The position numbers and the translations under genes were made by a program. A DNA stretch of 64,000 nt from a virus. Shown in pieces: positions 8,849 to 17,896 of the stretch; positions within the stretch are counted from its first letter, which is position 1, and every line of letters begins with the position of its first letter. The stretch covers positions 12,489 to 76,488 of IMG/VR virus record IMGVR_UViG_3300025128_006599, one strand, 5' to 3'. The notes under the pieces are model-generated. The model was not told the origin of the DNA. It worked only from the letters and a program-made list of their open reading frames with translations, and did not search any database.

Positions 8849-10996
8849 ATGAATAAATACACTATGTTTGATTCGTTACTTAACGAAATAACCTCAAGTA
8901 ATTCCAAATGGCCATCACAAAATGTCGGTGTTATGGTTAGTTTTGATTATGTACCGATGACTATGGGTTCTTATGGATATGCAGATCCTATTGCAGGAAC
9001 TATATTTGAGAGTGGTAGTGGAGAATCTCAAACAGTAAAGACACCTGCAGTTAGAGGTTGGGATGAACACGAGTATAAGATTTACGAAATGAATACAAAT
9101 CCATATCATTGGATTAATTCATCTTCTCTTTATGGTCTTTATGATAGAATTACAACTTATGTTAGTGAGAGTAATTATGATAATGTTGTGTTATTAAAAC
9201 ACGTACAACCTAAAGGTCAAAATCCAAAAGAAGAAACCGTAACATTGTTTAGTCAAAGTCTTGCAACAAAAGATATTAGTTTAGAAGAGGTAGATTATTT
9301 ATATTTTTCAGATACTCATTTACAGGCAAGTAACTCATCAAGTTTTTATCTATTTCAAGAATCACCTTACCAAACTAATACTGGATTAAAACATATAGTT
9401 AGTGGTAGTTTTGAAAAAACAGAATTCCGTAGGATTTTAGGGAACTCTTCAGTTTCTTCATCATTAATACCACTTTGGGATTCAGATAATCCCACGACAA
9501 GTGTTTGGGGTCCTGATTATGTTATTAAAAATAATTCCGTTGATAATTCATTGGCAATTGGTGGTCAGATAATTAAAAGCTATAGACATACTGGTAGTAA
9601 CGCAGTCGTAGATACTTACGCTAGTTATACAGGAAGTCAGTATGTTGTAGAACAATTTATTCTACCTGAGTTCGTATCAGCAAGTTTAGCTTCTGCATCT
9701 TCTGATGCATTTGTGGATAAAATTGATTACCCATATGGAACAACAACATATTTAACAACACCACAAAAAAACATTTTACTACGAGATGATTGGGCTAGTG
9801 GACTTGGAAATAAAAGAACAAATAGAGTTAAAATGACTTCTGATGGTAGTACTTGGAAACAAATCTCAACACACCATTCAAAAGTAGTTCCTTCAGGTTC
9901 ATTAGTTAAAACACCAACTGGAGCAACTGCGATATCTGAATTGAACATTGGTGATACTGTTTCCTCTTATTTACCAGTTTCAATGTCTACAGAGGATTAT
10001 GGTTATTTGGATTATAGTACAAATACCTTAGTTGGTTCTACTTCAGATACTTCGGAAGTTGTGAATATCACATATGGTAAAGAATTTACCTATACACATA
10101 TCTACTATGAAGTAGGTGGAGAGGAAGTTCGAATTAGTGTATCTACTGAACATGCAAATCTTTTCATAAAAGATGTCGATACTAATATATGGGGATGGAA
10201 AACACCACCATTTTTAAAGGCTGGTGATAAGATGTTAAATACAAATGAACAAGAAATTGAAATCACCAGAATGATGGAGAACGTTACGGTAAATGAAGAC
10301 TATTATGCGTTAGATGTTGAGGATACGGACACGTATTTTGTTGATGGTATATTGATTCACAATGGTAATAAAAAAGGTACACCATCGGATGGAGCATATC
10401 AATTAGATTATTATGGAACTGGATGGTCTGGTACACTTCAACATAGAGTTTACGCTCGTGATGCAAGTTGGGGAGCAAGACAAGTATACTCTGATGCTGG
10501 TGGTAGTTGGTGGAACGTTCCGTCAAGTACTTGGAGGTCTTGGAAAACAACATATACTGCAACACAAGATGGAAGTGGTTTTGCATCTACAGTCGATGGT
10601 GGTAGTTATGATAATATTGCGATGTATAATTATCACGGAAATGGATACTCATTTAGTTCGTTTACTTGGACAGGTGTGGTAAGTGCTCAGAACAATTGGG
10701 GCCCTTCAAGTTACACTGCATTCTTTGCACATTATACAGGTCAAGGTACTTCAACTTTAGTGGTGGCACTAAGTGATTACAGAACAAAAACGAATGTGGA
10801 TTGGATTGGAAAATCCGAATCTGGTCTTAATATTTATGAGTTCTCATATAATTGGGATAAAGATACTCGTTATCAAGGAGTTGTTGCACAAGAACTTTTA
10901 AATACTAAATATGAAGATAGTGTAGTTCAAATTAATAGTGGATATTTAGGTGTAGATTATAGTAAATTGGATGTAGATTTCAAACAGGTTAATTAA
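8849..10996 (+). CDS. Multidomain protein: circularly permuted ATP-grasp-like N-terminus, Hint (9884-10363, Cys1 replaced by Val), 136 aa payload, peptidase S74 chaperone (10772-10996)
   Basis: SFDYVP..KIYEMNTNP, PDYVIK, YVVEQFI; VVPSGSLVKTPTG..ISELNIGD, STEH, ILIHN|G; SDYRTK..GLNIYEFSY..QGVVAQE..YLGVDYSKL. Hint and S74 calls are strong; ATP-grasp is tentative. Confidence 0.75.
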   Translation: MNKYTMFDSLLNEITSSNSKWPSQNVGVMVSFDYVPMTMGSYGYADPIAGTIFESGSGESQTVKTPAVRGWDEHEYKIYEMNTNPYHWINSSSLYGLYDRITTYVSESNYDNVVLLKHVQPKGQNPKEETVTLFSQSLATKDISLEEVDYLYFSDTHLQASNSSSFYLFQESPYQTNTGLKHIVSGSFEKTEFRRILGNSSVSSSLIPLWDSDNPTTSVWGPDYVIKNNSVDNSLAIGGQIIKSYRHTGSNAVVDTYASYTGSQYVVEQFILPEFVSASLASASSDAFVDKIDYPYGTTTYLTTPQKNILLRDDWASGLGNKRTNRVKMTSDGSTWKQISTHHSKVVPSGSLVKTPTGATAISELNIGDTVSSYLPVSMSTEDYGYLDYSTNTLVGSTSDTSEVVNITYGKEFTYTHIYYEVGGEEVRISVSTEHANLFIKDVDTNIWGWKTPPFLKAGDKMLNTNEQEIEITRMMENVTVNEDYYALDVEDTDTYFVDGILIHNGNKKGTPSDGAYQLDYYGTGWSGTLQHRVYARDASWGARQVYSDAGGSWWNVPSSTWRSWKTTYTATQDGSGFASTVDGGSYDNIAMYNYHGNGYSFSSFTWTGVVSAQNNWGPSSYTAFFAHYTGQGTSTLVVALSDYRTKTNVDWIGKSESGLNIYEFSYNWDKDTRYQGVVAQELLNTKYEDSVVQINSGYLGVDYSKLDVDFKQVN

Positions 10997-11466
10997 TGGA
11001 AACAAAATGGTGTAAAATGCATTGTGATATGCAATTATACAAAAAACAATCAGTTATAACCAACAATGTATATTGTGTAAGTGATATTAATAACCTTCCA
11101 AAAGAACAAATACAAATTGCATTAGATAATTTTGAAAAAAAATACAATTGGACACAATGGACGATTGAAGATGCAAAAAAGAGATTTAGAGAGAAATGGA
11201 ATTTATATTTAATTGAAACTAACGATTCATCTATTATTGGATGGGTTTGGGTTTCTTTTGAGGGAGAAGTTTTAAATGCATATTCCAATCATGATTTCAA
11301 AGAGTATTTTAGCGACAAAGAAGATATTACAGATATTATGGGTGCTTTTATGATGAATTACTCGAAGGACTTAGGTTATAAAAAATTATTTGCAAAAATA
11401 GAAGAGTGGAATAGACCAAGTTTAGAATGGGCAATTAGACATACTTGGGTTTATGATGAGGAATAA
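10996..11466 (+). CDS. GNAT-family N-acetyltransferase-like protein
   Basis: IIGWVWV strand; C-terminal LGYKKLFAKIEEWNRPSL is typical of GNAT motif B. Confidence 0.6.
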   Translation: METKWCKMHCDMQLYKKQSVITNNVYCVSDINNLPKEQIQIALDNFEKKYNWTQWTIEDAKKRFREKWNLYLIETNDSSIIGWVWVSFEGEVLNAYSNHDFKEYFSDKEDITDIMGAFMMNYSKDLGYKKLFAKIEEWNRPSLEWAIRHTWVYDEE

Positions 11467-11494
11467 ATAAAGTTTAATTTGGAAATCTTAACGT

Positions 11495-11503
11495 CTATTT
11501 ATA
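11495..11503 (+). promoter_or_regulatory. Putative late promoter motif TATTTATA
   Basis: Recurrent intergenic motif upstream of 11536. Confidence 0.5.
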
Positions 11504-11535
11504 TTAGACAAGTTATATAAAATATAAGGGTTATT

Positions 11536-11715
11536 ATGAATGATAATACAGAACAATTAATAATGTTAGAAGAACGAAAAGTAAAAGCATTAGAAAAAAT
11601 TGCTAATGTTTTGGATGCATTAACACTTTGGTTTGAAGATGTTGATAAAGATGAGTGGAGTGATAGATTACAATTTTATTTATCTGCTTTTTATGAAAAA
11701 GAGTCTGGGAAATAA
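11536..11715 (+). CDS. Small hypothetical protein, 59 aa (absent from ORF track)
   Basis: Translated by hand: MNDNTEQLIMLEERKVKALEKIANVLDALTLWFEDVDKDEWSDRLQFYLSAFYEKESGK. TAATG overlap with the next gene; AAGGG upstream. Confidence 0.75.
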   Translation: MNDNTEQLIMLEERKVKALEKIANVLDALTLWFEDVDKDEWSDRLQFYLSAFYEKESGK

Positions 11716-13202
11716 TGAAGTTAGGACTTATCGTTCCTTATAGAAATCGTCCTACTCACTTACAAAAATTTCGTGATTCAATTCACAAGTATTTTAAAAA
11801 TCAAGACTATGAATTGATAGTAGTGGAACAGGCAGATGATTTACCATTCAACCGTGGTAAGTTATTAAATATAGGTTTTAAAACCGCACTGAGAAAACAA
11901 TGTGATTATGTTGTGTTTCATGATATTGATATGCTGCCAATTGATGTGGATTATTCTTATTCGGAAGTTCCAATACATCTATCTACTAATTTTATAAATT
12001 CTAAAGAAGAGATATTCAAAACTTATTTTGGTGGAGTAACTATGTTTCCCATTTCTTTGTTTGAAAGAGTAAATGGATATTCAAATGATTATTGGGGTTG
12101 GGGATTTGAAGATGATGATTTGTTAATGCGATTAACTGAGGCAAATGTCTTTACTGATTTTGAATATTATGAAGTACCAAAACATTTGACATCTGGCATT
12201 TATCTACACGGAGATAGAAGTTATGTTGAATGTCCAAATATTATAAATGTAAGAAAAGATTTTACCATACAAATCACATTTAAACCAGATGAGATAATTT
12301 GTGATTATGAAAAACCTTATGACGATTATTCTGTATTTTCTATACCAGGATACAATACTTCAATAAGTTTTAATTCTTTTAATCGTTACAAATTTGAATG
12401 TTGGAATGAAAAGGGTAATTTATATCATATTGATTCTCAGTACGATTACTCACGATTAACACAAATCACAATAACTTATGAAAAAGAGGCTGGTCTTATC
12501 ATAATGTACCAAGATGGAAAAGAAATCGGTAGTAAAGTTGTAAAAGAATTGTTAGATACGAGTCCACCTAATTTTTTCATCGGTACGGGAATAGATGAAA
12601 TGGAAGGTGTTGATATCCGTAGTTTTCGTGGATTTGTAAAAGATTTTTGTTATTGGGATACTTCTCTTGCTGCAAACGAAATTGAGGAATTTTCTAAAAA
12701 TCCAGGTATGGGATATATGTGTGATAGTGGACAATATAGTTCTTCACGTAAACTAAAAATATATTTTGATTTTAAACATTTAAAGTTGAATAATCAATTT
12801 CAATATGAAAAAGGTAAAGTGATGAATTTAGTAAATCCAAGATATCAGGCAGTAACATATAATTGTATTCCTAAATCTCAACTTGAACTTGATAGGAAAA
12901 AAATTGCAATACCTGCAAGAAGAAAATCCACTTTTAAGTTGTTAAAACATAAACCACAAGGATATACAGATGGTAGTTGGAAATCAAGAGTTACAAGATT
13001 AAATCAAATTCGATTTTATGATGTAGTGTTGAATAATAAAACAAATTATAAAAAAGAAGGATTGAGTAGTATACGATTTAAAAAAATATCTGAAACTTCA
13101 GTTGATAATTACACAATGTTGTCAGTAGACTTGACAGGTGGCCCACGTGATGTTGGGATAATAAAAAACTATATGGATGAGATAAGTAAGGAAGACAAAT
13201 GA
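11715..13202 (+). CDS. GT7 (beta-1,4-galactosyltransferase-like) with inserted LamG/ConA-like domain
   Basis: IVPYRNR, FNRGKLLNIG, VFHDIDMLP, FGGV, NGYSNDYWGWGFEDDD; central beta-sandwich MYQDG..FFIG..FRGFVKDFCYWD. Confidence 0.85.
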   Translation: MKLGLIVPYRNRPTHLQKFRDSIHKYFKNQDYELIVVEQADDLPFNRGKLLNIGFKTALRKQCDYVVFHDIDMLPIDVDYSYSEVPIHLSTNFINSKEEIFKTYFGGVTMFPISLFERVNGYSNDYWGWGFEDDDLLMRLTEANVFTDFEYYEVPKHLTSGIYLHGDRSYVECPNIINVRKDFTIQITFKPDEIICDYEKPYDDYSVFSIPGYNTSISFNSFNRYKFECWNEKGNLYHIDSQYDYSRLTQITITYEKEAGLIIMYQDGKEIGSKVVKELLDTSPPNFFIGTGIDEMEGVDIRSFRGFVKDFCYWDTSLAANEIEEFSKNPGMGYMCDSGQYSSSRKLKIYFDFKHLKLNNQFQYEKGKVMNLVNPRYQAVTYNCIPKSQLELDRKKIAIPARRKSTFKLLKHKPQGYTDGSWKSRVTRLNQIRFYDVVLNNKTNYKKEGLSSIRFKKISETSVDNYTMLSVDLTGGPRDVGIIKNYMDEISKEDK

Positions 13203-14617
13203 AGTTAGGAGTTTGTATACCATACAGAGATAATGGTGATGGTGTTAGAAAGAAACATTTGGATACATTGGTTCCACATTTAGAAAAGTTTTTTGGTGAA
13301 CGAGATATAGAATTTAGATGTTATGTTGGACACCAAGTAGATGATAAAAAGTTTAATCGTAGTGGAACTAAAAATGTAGCCTTTCTTGCTGCCAAAGAAG
13401 ATGGTTGTGATTATGTGGCGTTTCATGATGTGGATATGTTACCACAAGATGATTGTGATTACTCACATCCAGGTGATACACCAAAACATATAGCAACTTA
13501 TCTTTCACAATGGAATTACACTTTACGAGATATCCATTACTTTGGTGGTGTGGTGATATTCACGATAGAACAATTTGAAGAAGTGAATGGATACCATACC
13601 AACTATTGGGGTTGGGGTATGGAAGATGACGACTTATTTTGGAGATGTATTCAGAAAGGATATTTTAAACCAAGTTATATTGAAGGCCCTGGTATATCAA
13701 AGGTATTAGAATTTGATGGAAAGTCCACTTATATAAAAATACCACCAAGTAATACACTACTTCACATTCCGAATAAATCTTTTGAAATAGAGATGATTGT
13801 TTATGGTGAGATAGGAGACGAAAGTAAAGAGTATATGATTGGTCAAGAAATTCCATACATAAAATATCCGATTGTCTCTAAAAAGGGTTGGGACTTTGAC
13901 ATATGTTATAATAATTCTAAGGCATATTCCTATACACTTTGGAATTTTAGAAATGAATTACATTATGGTTGGATGATGAGATATCCTAATCAATGGAGTA
14001 AAGTAAATGTAAAGGTTGATACTGACAAGAAACTCAGAACCATTACTGTAAATGATGTGGTTTATGATGAAAAGTTTGGTGAACAAGAATCAAATCTATC
14101 AATTGACCAGACACTTAAACGTTACGGAAATATACCATTTTGGATTGGTCGGAATTCACCAGGTTCACATCAAACCAATATCTTCAAAGGAAAACTTCAA
14201 TCTTTGAAAATGTATAATTTTAAAGGTGAAAATGTACTACATTATGATATGAATAAATCATATAGAATGGAAAAGATATTAGATTTAAGTGGTAATGAAA
14301 ATCATGGTGAATTAGTAATTGGTAAGGGAAGAGTCACTAAAGATGATGTTTCTAAAATTCCACATACGATTGTACCTGATAGAAGATATGGAACTATGGA
14401 GTGTATGTATCACGATGATGAGGGAATAGTCGATAAAAAGTTTGCTGGTGATCCTGAGGCTACTGCAAAAAATGAAGTAATATATAAAAAGAAAATGCAA
14501 AAAAATCAAATAGATATAGATGGTGATGAATATGGGTTGAGAGAAATGAAATATCAAATAGATAGCACTGATACTATTTATAACGGACACAAAATAATAA
14601 ATGTGAGGTTTTTGTGA
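13199..14617 (+). CDS. GT7 glycosyltransferase with inserted LamG-like domain (paralog of the preceding gene)
   Basis: CIPYRD, FNRSGTKN, FHDVDMLP, NGYHTNYWGWGMEDDD; LEFDG..FWIGR..FKGKLQSLKMY..DLSGNENHG. Confidence 0.85.
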   Translation: MKLGVCIPYRDNGDGVRKKHLDTLVPHLEKFFGERDIEFRCYVGHQVDDKKFNRSGTKNVAFLAAKEDGCDYVAFHDVDMLPQDDCDYSHPGDTPKHIATYLSQWNYTLRDIHYFGGVVIFTIEQFEEVNGYHTNYWGWGMEDDDLFWRCIQKGYFKPSYIEGPGISKVLEFDGKSTYIKIPPSNTLLHIPNKSFEIEMIVYGEIGDESKEYMIGQEIPYIKYPIVSKKGWDFDICYNNSKAYSYTLWNFRNELHYGWMMRYPNQWSKVNVKVDTDKKLRTITVNDVVYDEKFGEQESNLSIDQTLKRYGNIPFWIGRNSPGSHQTNIFKGKLQSLKMYNFKGENVLHYDMNKSYRMEKILDLSGNENHGELVIGKGRVTKDDVSKIPHTIVPDRRYGTMECMYHDDEGIVDKKFAGDPEATAKNEVIYKKKMQKNQIDIDGDEYGLREMKYQIDSTDTIYNGHKIINVRFL

Positions 14618-15894
14618 AAATAAAACACGTTAATTTAGTTGAGAACATATTTGAGCAAAATGATATAGAATTACTACAAAATATTCATATACCGACAAAA
14701 AATAATTCACTTTTTTTAAGTGATCATTTTGTACATCAGAATCCACAATTTACAAAACTTGTTAGATATTTAAATGATATTGAGTTATGGTCAAAAAGAA
14801 TACCTGAGGTTATAAACTTAGAATCTTTTCACTCTTTAAGAATGGAATTAATTGAAGATTTTGAAAAATACAAAACTACAAATAAGAAGAAGGATATTCA
14901 ACATAAATTTCTTATTGATATTGATAATAATGTTGGATATTATAAAAACTTCAAGGTGGAAATCTCATCAAGAGTGTTATTGGTTGAGGGTATAACACAA
15001 AAACATATCAATAAATGGAGGTTGAAATCCTCTTTTTGGTATGAAATTTATGCGAACTACAGAAATCGACCTGAATTATTTGAACCCGAAAAATGGAATA
15101 AATTAGATTGGATGGAGAGAGATGAAGCGTATGATAACTATATTGATTGGTGTGGGGGTTTATATGAGATAAGACATAGAAAAGGTAATTATATAATTCA
15201 ATTTGATAATGTTGATATTCTTAATGTAAGTGATGAAGATAATCTGTATAAAAAAATAAAGGCATATATATTGATAAGTAGGAGATGGACTTCCAGAGGA
15301 AATCCGAAAATGGGAACCGTATTTGGTTTTAGTATATATGATTCCACTTGGACTGAAAAACGACTTAGAAAAGAAATGAATGATTTTAAGGAGTTAATTT
15401 TAGATAATATTGAGGAGTTAATTTCAAATTTAAGTGGTAGATGGTTGTTTGCAGGTATTTTATTATGTTTTATCGATAATGGTACTGATGAAGAAAAATT
15501 TATTGCTTTAAGTTTACTTATACTAATGTTAATCAATAGAGTAAACTTTAAGGCTAGTAGTAGTCTTGCTCCAAGAGGTATAAGGGATATATGGTCTCAA
15601 CAAAATTATATGATGGAAGAAGAAAAAGAATTTTTAATTAATAAAGTTTTACCATTAACAAAGAAAAAAGATTTTGAATCTTTTGTAAAAGAATTTATAG
15701 ATGTTATTGTAGTAGGTGGTGTTCAAGATGAGAATGAAGTTATTATAACACCTCACACAAAGCCAATACCAATCGGGCAAGAAGATTTAGAACGACATCA
15801 ATTATTTCCAACTTTAGCTCTTCTATGGAATAAAGAAGAAACTTCTAAATTTAAAAACTTATTTTTAAAAACACTAAATGAGAAACTTTCATGA
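14614..15894 (+). CDS. Hypothetical protein
   Basis: 426 aa ORF coupled at both ends (GTGA/ATGA overlaps); no motif recognised. Confidence 0.6.
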   Translation: MKIKHVNLVENIFEQNDIELLQNIHIPTKNNSLFLSDHFVHQNPQFTKLVRYLNDIELWSKRIPEVINLESFHSLRMELIEDFEKYKTTNKKKDIQHKFLIDIDNNVGYYKNFKVEISSRVLLVEGITQKHINKWRLKSSFWYEIYANYRNRPELFEPEKWNKLDWMERDEAYDNYIDWCGGLYEIRHRKGNYIIQFDNVDILNVSDEDNLYKKIKAYILISRRWTSRGNPKMGTVFGFSIYDSTWTEKRLRKEMNDFKELILDNIEELISNLSGRWLFAGILLCFIDNGTDEEKFIALSLLILMLINRVNFKASSSLAPRGIRDIWSQQNYMMEEEKEFLINKVLPLTKKKDFESFVKEFIDVIVVGGVQDENEVIITPHTKPIPIGQEDLERHQLFPTLALLWNKEETSKFKNLFLKTLNEKLS

Positions 15895-17306
15895 CAGATG
15901 TAACCAAAGATAATCCTTTTTATATAAAGAATAAAGAAAAACTCGATGAAGTAGGTTCAGGTATGTGTTTGGCAAAATGGACACAAGTAACACTTCAATT
16001 GCAATCTGGACATAATCATAGTTGTCACCATCCAAGAACACATAAAATCAATTTAAAAGAAATTGAAAGAAATCCAAGTGCTCTACACAATACACGATAC
16101 AAAAAAACACGAAGACATGAAATGTTAACGGGTAAACGACCAGTCGAGTGTGATTATTGTTGGAATGTAGAAGATAATTCAGATAGATTTTCAGATAGAG
16201 TTTTTAAGTCTTCTGAGAGTTGGTCATTACCACATTTTGATGAAATAACTCAATCAAATTGGAGAGAGGATTTCAATCCAAGATATGTGGAGGTGGCATT
16301 CTCAAATGCCTGTAACTTTAAATGTAGTTATTGTGGGCCTGCATATTCTTCTACTTGGATGGAAGAAATTAATAAACATGGTGGCTATCCCACTACAGAT
16401 AAATTCAATGATAATGATTGGTTAAAACGAGAGGATAAAATGCCCATACCACATAGAGATTATAATCCATATGTTGAGGCATTTTGGAAGTGGTGGCCAA
16501 AACTATATCGAGATTTACATACTTTTAGAATCACAGGTGGTGAACCATTACTATCAAAGGATACTTGGGGTGTGATGGACTATATTATTGATGAACCTAA
16601 TCCAAATAAAGATTTACAATTGGCAATTAATAGTAATTTGGGAGTACCTGATGGGTTAATTAATAGATTTATAGAAAAGATACAAAAAATTGAGGACAAA
16701 GAAAAGGTAAAAGAATTTATTGTTTTTACTTCAGCTGATACTTGGGGAGAACAATCAGAATATATAAGAAATGGATTGGAATTTAATCGTTTTTGGGACA
16801 ATATGAACAAAATATTAGAAAAGTGTCCACGAGTAAATCTAACCATTATGTCAACATATAATGCACTTTCCGTTCCTAATTATCATAAGTTAATAAATGG
16901 TGTTTATGATTTAAAACAAAAATATGGTTCTCAAGATAGATATTGGAAGTCTGCAGTATTTTTGGATTCAAGTTATTTACGACATCCAGAACATCAAACC
17001 GTACAAGTTTTGCCAGATAAATGGACAACCAATATTTTTAAACAAGCACAATTAACAGATTATCTTGCAGTTCCTTCGTTTGAACATAAGTATGTTGGAT
17101 ATTCAGATATTGAGGTACAAAAAATTAAAAGAATATGGGATTGGAGAGTTGCAACTTGGCCAGAAAAGGATAGTCAAGTAATGAATCATAGATATAACTT
17201 TGGTAAATATTTCCAAGAACATGATAAAAGAAGAGGTACAGATTTTTGTAAAACATTTCCTGAATTAGAGGAATTTTATCAAGATTGTTTGGAGATTAAA
17301 CTATGA
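15891..17306 (+). CDS. Radical SAM protein with N-terminal twitch-like Cys domain
   Basis: CLAKW..SCHH..ECDYCW; CNFKCSYC; ITGGEP. Confidence 0.9.
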   Translation: MTDVTKDNPFYIKNKEKLDEVGSGMCLAKWTQVTLQLQSGHNHSCHHPRTHKINLKEIERNPSALHNTRYKKTRRHEMLTGKRPVECDYCWNVEDNSDRFSDRVFKSSESWSLPHFDEITQSNWREDFNPRYVEVAFSNACNFKCSYCGPAYSSTWMEEINKHGGYPTTDKFNDNDWLKREDKMPIPHRDYNPYVEAFWKWWPKLYRDLHTFRITGGEPLLSKDTWGVMDYIIDEPNPNKDLQLAINSNLGVPDGLINRFIEKIQKIEDKEKVKEFIVFTSADTWGEQSEYIRNGLEFNRFWDNMNKILEKCPRVNLTIMSTYNALSVPNYHKLINGVYDLKQKYGSQDRYWKSAVFLDSSYLRHPEHQTVQVLPDKWTTNIFKQAQLTDYLAVPSFEHKYVGYSDIEVQKIKRIWDWRVATWPEKDSQVMNHRYNFGKYFQEHDKRRGTDFCKTFPELEEFYQDCLEIKL

Positions 17307-17896
17307 GATTAGACAAAAATAATATTTATTTCTTACCACCAGATAACAAGAACGGATTAAGTACCTTACCACCAAATAATTTGTATTTATCTGATACGTT
17401 TGAATTTAGAGTTAGATTCACTATAGATATAAAAGAATGTAAAGACAAGGATTGTGGAGTAATTATGATGAACGGAAAACATTTGGGTATTCGTGTTTAT
17501 AATGATTATTTATCTGCGTCGGTTTGGACACAAAATGGAATATATGAAAAACAATTTCCTTTAGATATTGAAAATATTTGGTGTCGTTTTATATGTGATA
17601 ATAAAAACAAACAAATTAGTTTAATTACAGATACTCAATCATCAACAATTGATTTTGATGGAGATTTAGTAGATGATTATAAATACTCTTATTTGTGGGT
17701 TGGGTGTGGTAATGGTTTTAATGAACCAGACGATGAGTTTAGAAATAATTTTTTTGGTGATATTTCTTATTTAGAAATAAAAAAAGATGATAAAACACTA
17801 TTTAAATCTAATTTTGAAAAGAAAACAAATTTTAAAGTATTTGATGAAAGTGGTAATGGTAATCATTTGTTAAAATATAAAAAAGAGTGGTATTAG
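17303..17896 (+). CDS. Stand-alone LamG/ConA-like protein
   Basis: YLWVGCGN..FFGDISYLEI..DESGNGNH resembles the LamG inserts of the GT7 genes. Confidence 0.5.
   Translation: MRLDKNNIYFLPPDNKNGLSTLPPNNLYLSDTFEFRVRFTIDIKECKDKDCGVIMMNGKHLGIRVYNDYLSASVWTQNGIYEKQFPLDIENIWCRFICDNKNKQISLITDTQSSTIDFDGDLVDDYKYSYLWVGCGNGFNEPDDEFRNNFFGDISYLEIKKDDKTLFKSNFEKKTNFKVFDESGNGNHLLKYKKEWY

Noticed and set aside
3627-10363. Hint domains as classical selfish inteins
   Set aside because: No +1 Cys/Ser/Thr, no homing endonuclease, not inside conserved enzymes, and one lacks Cys1.
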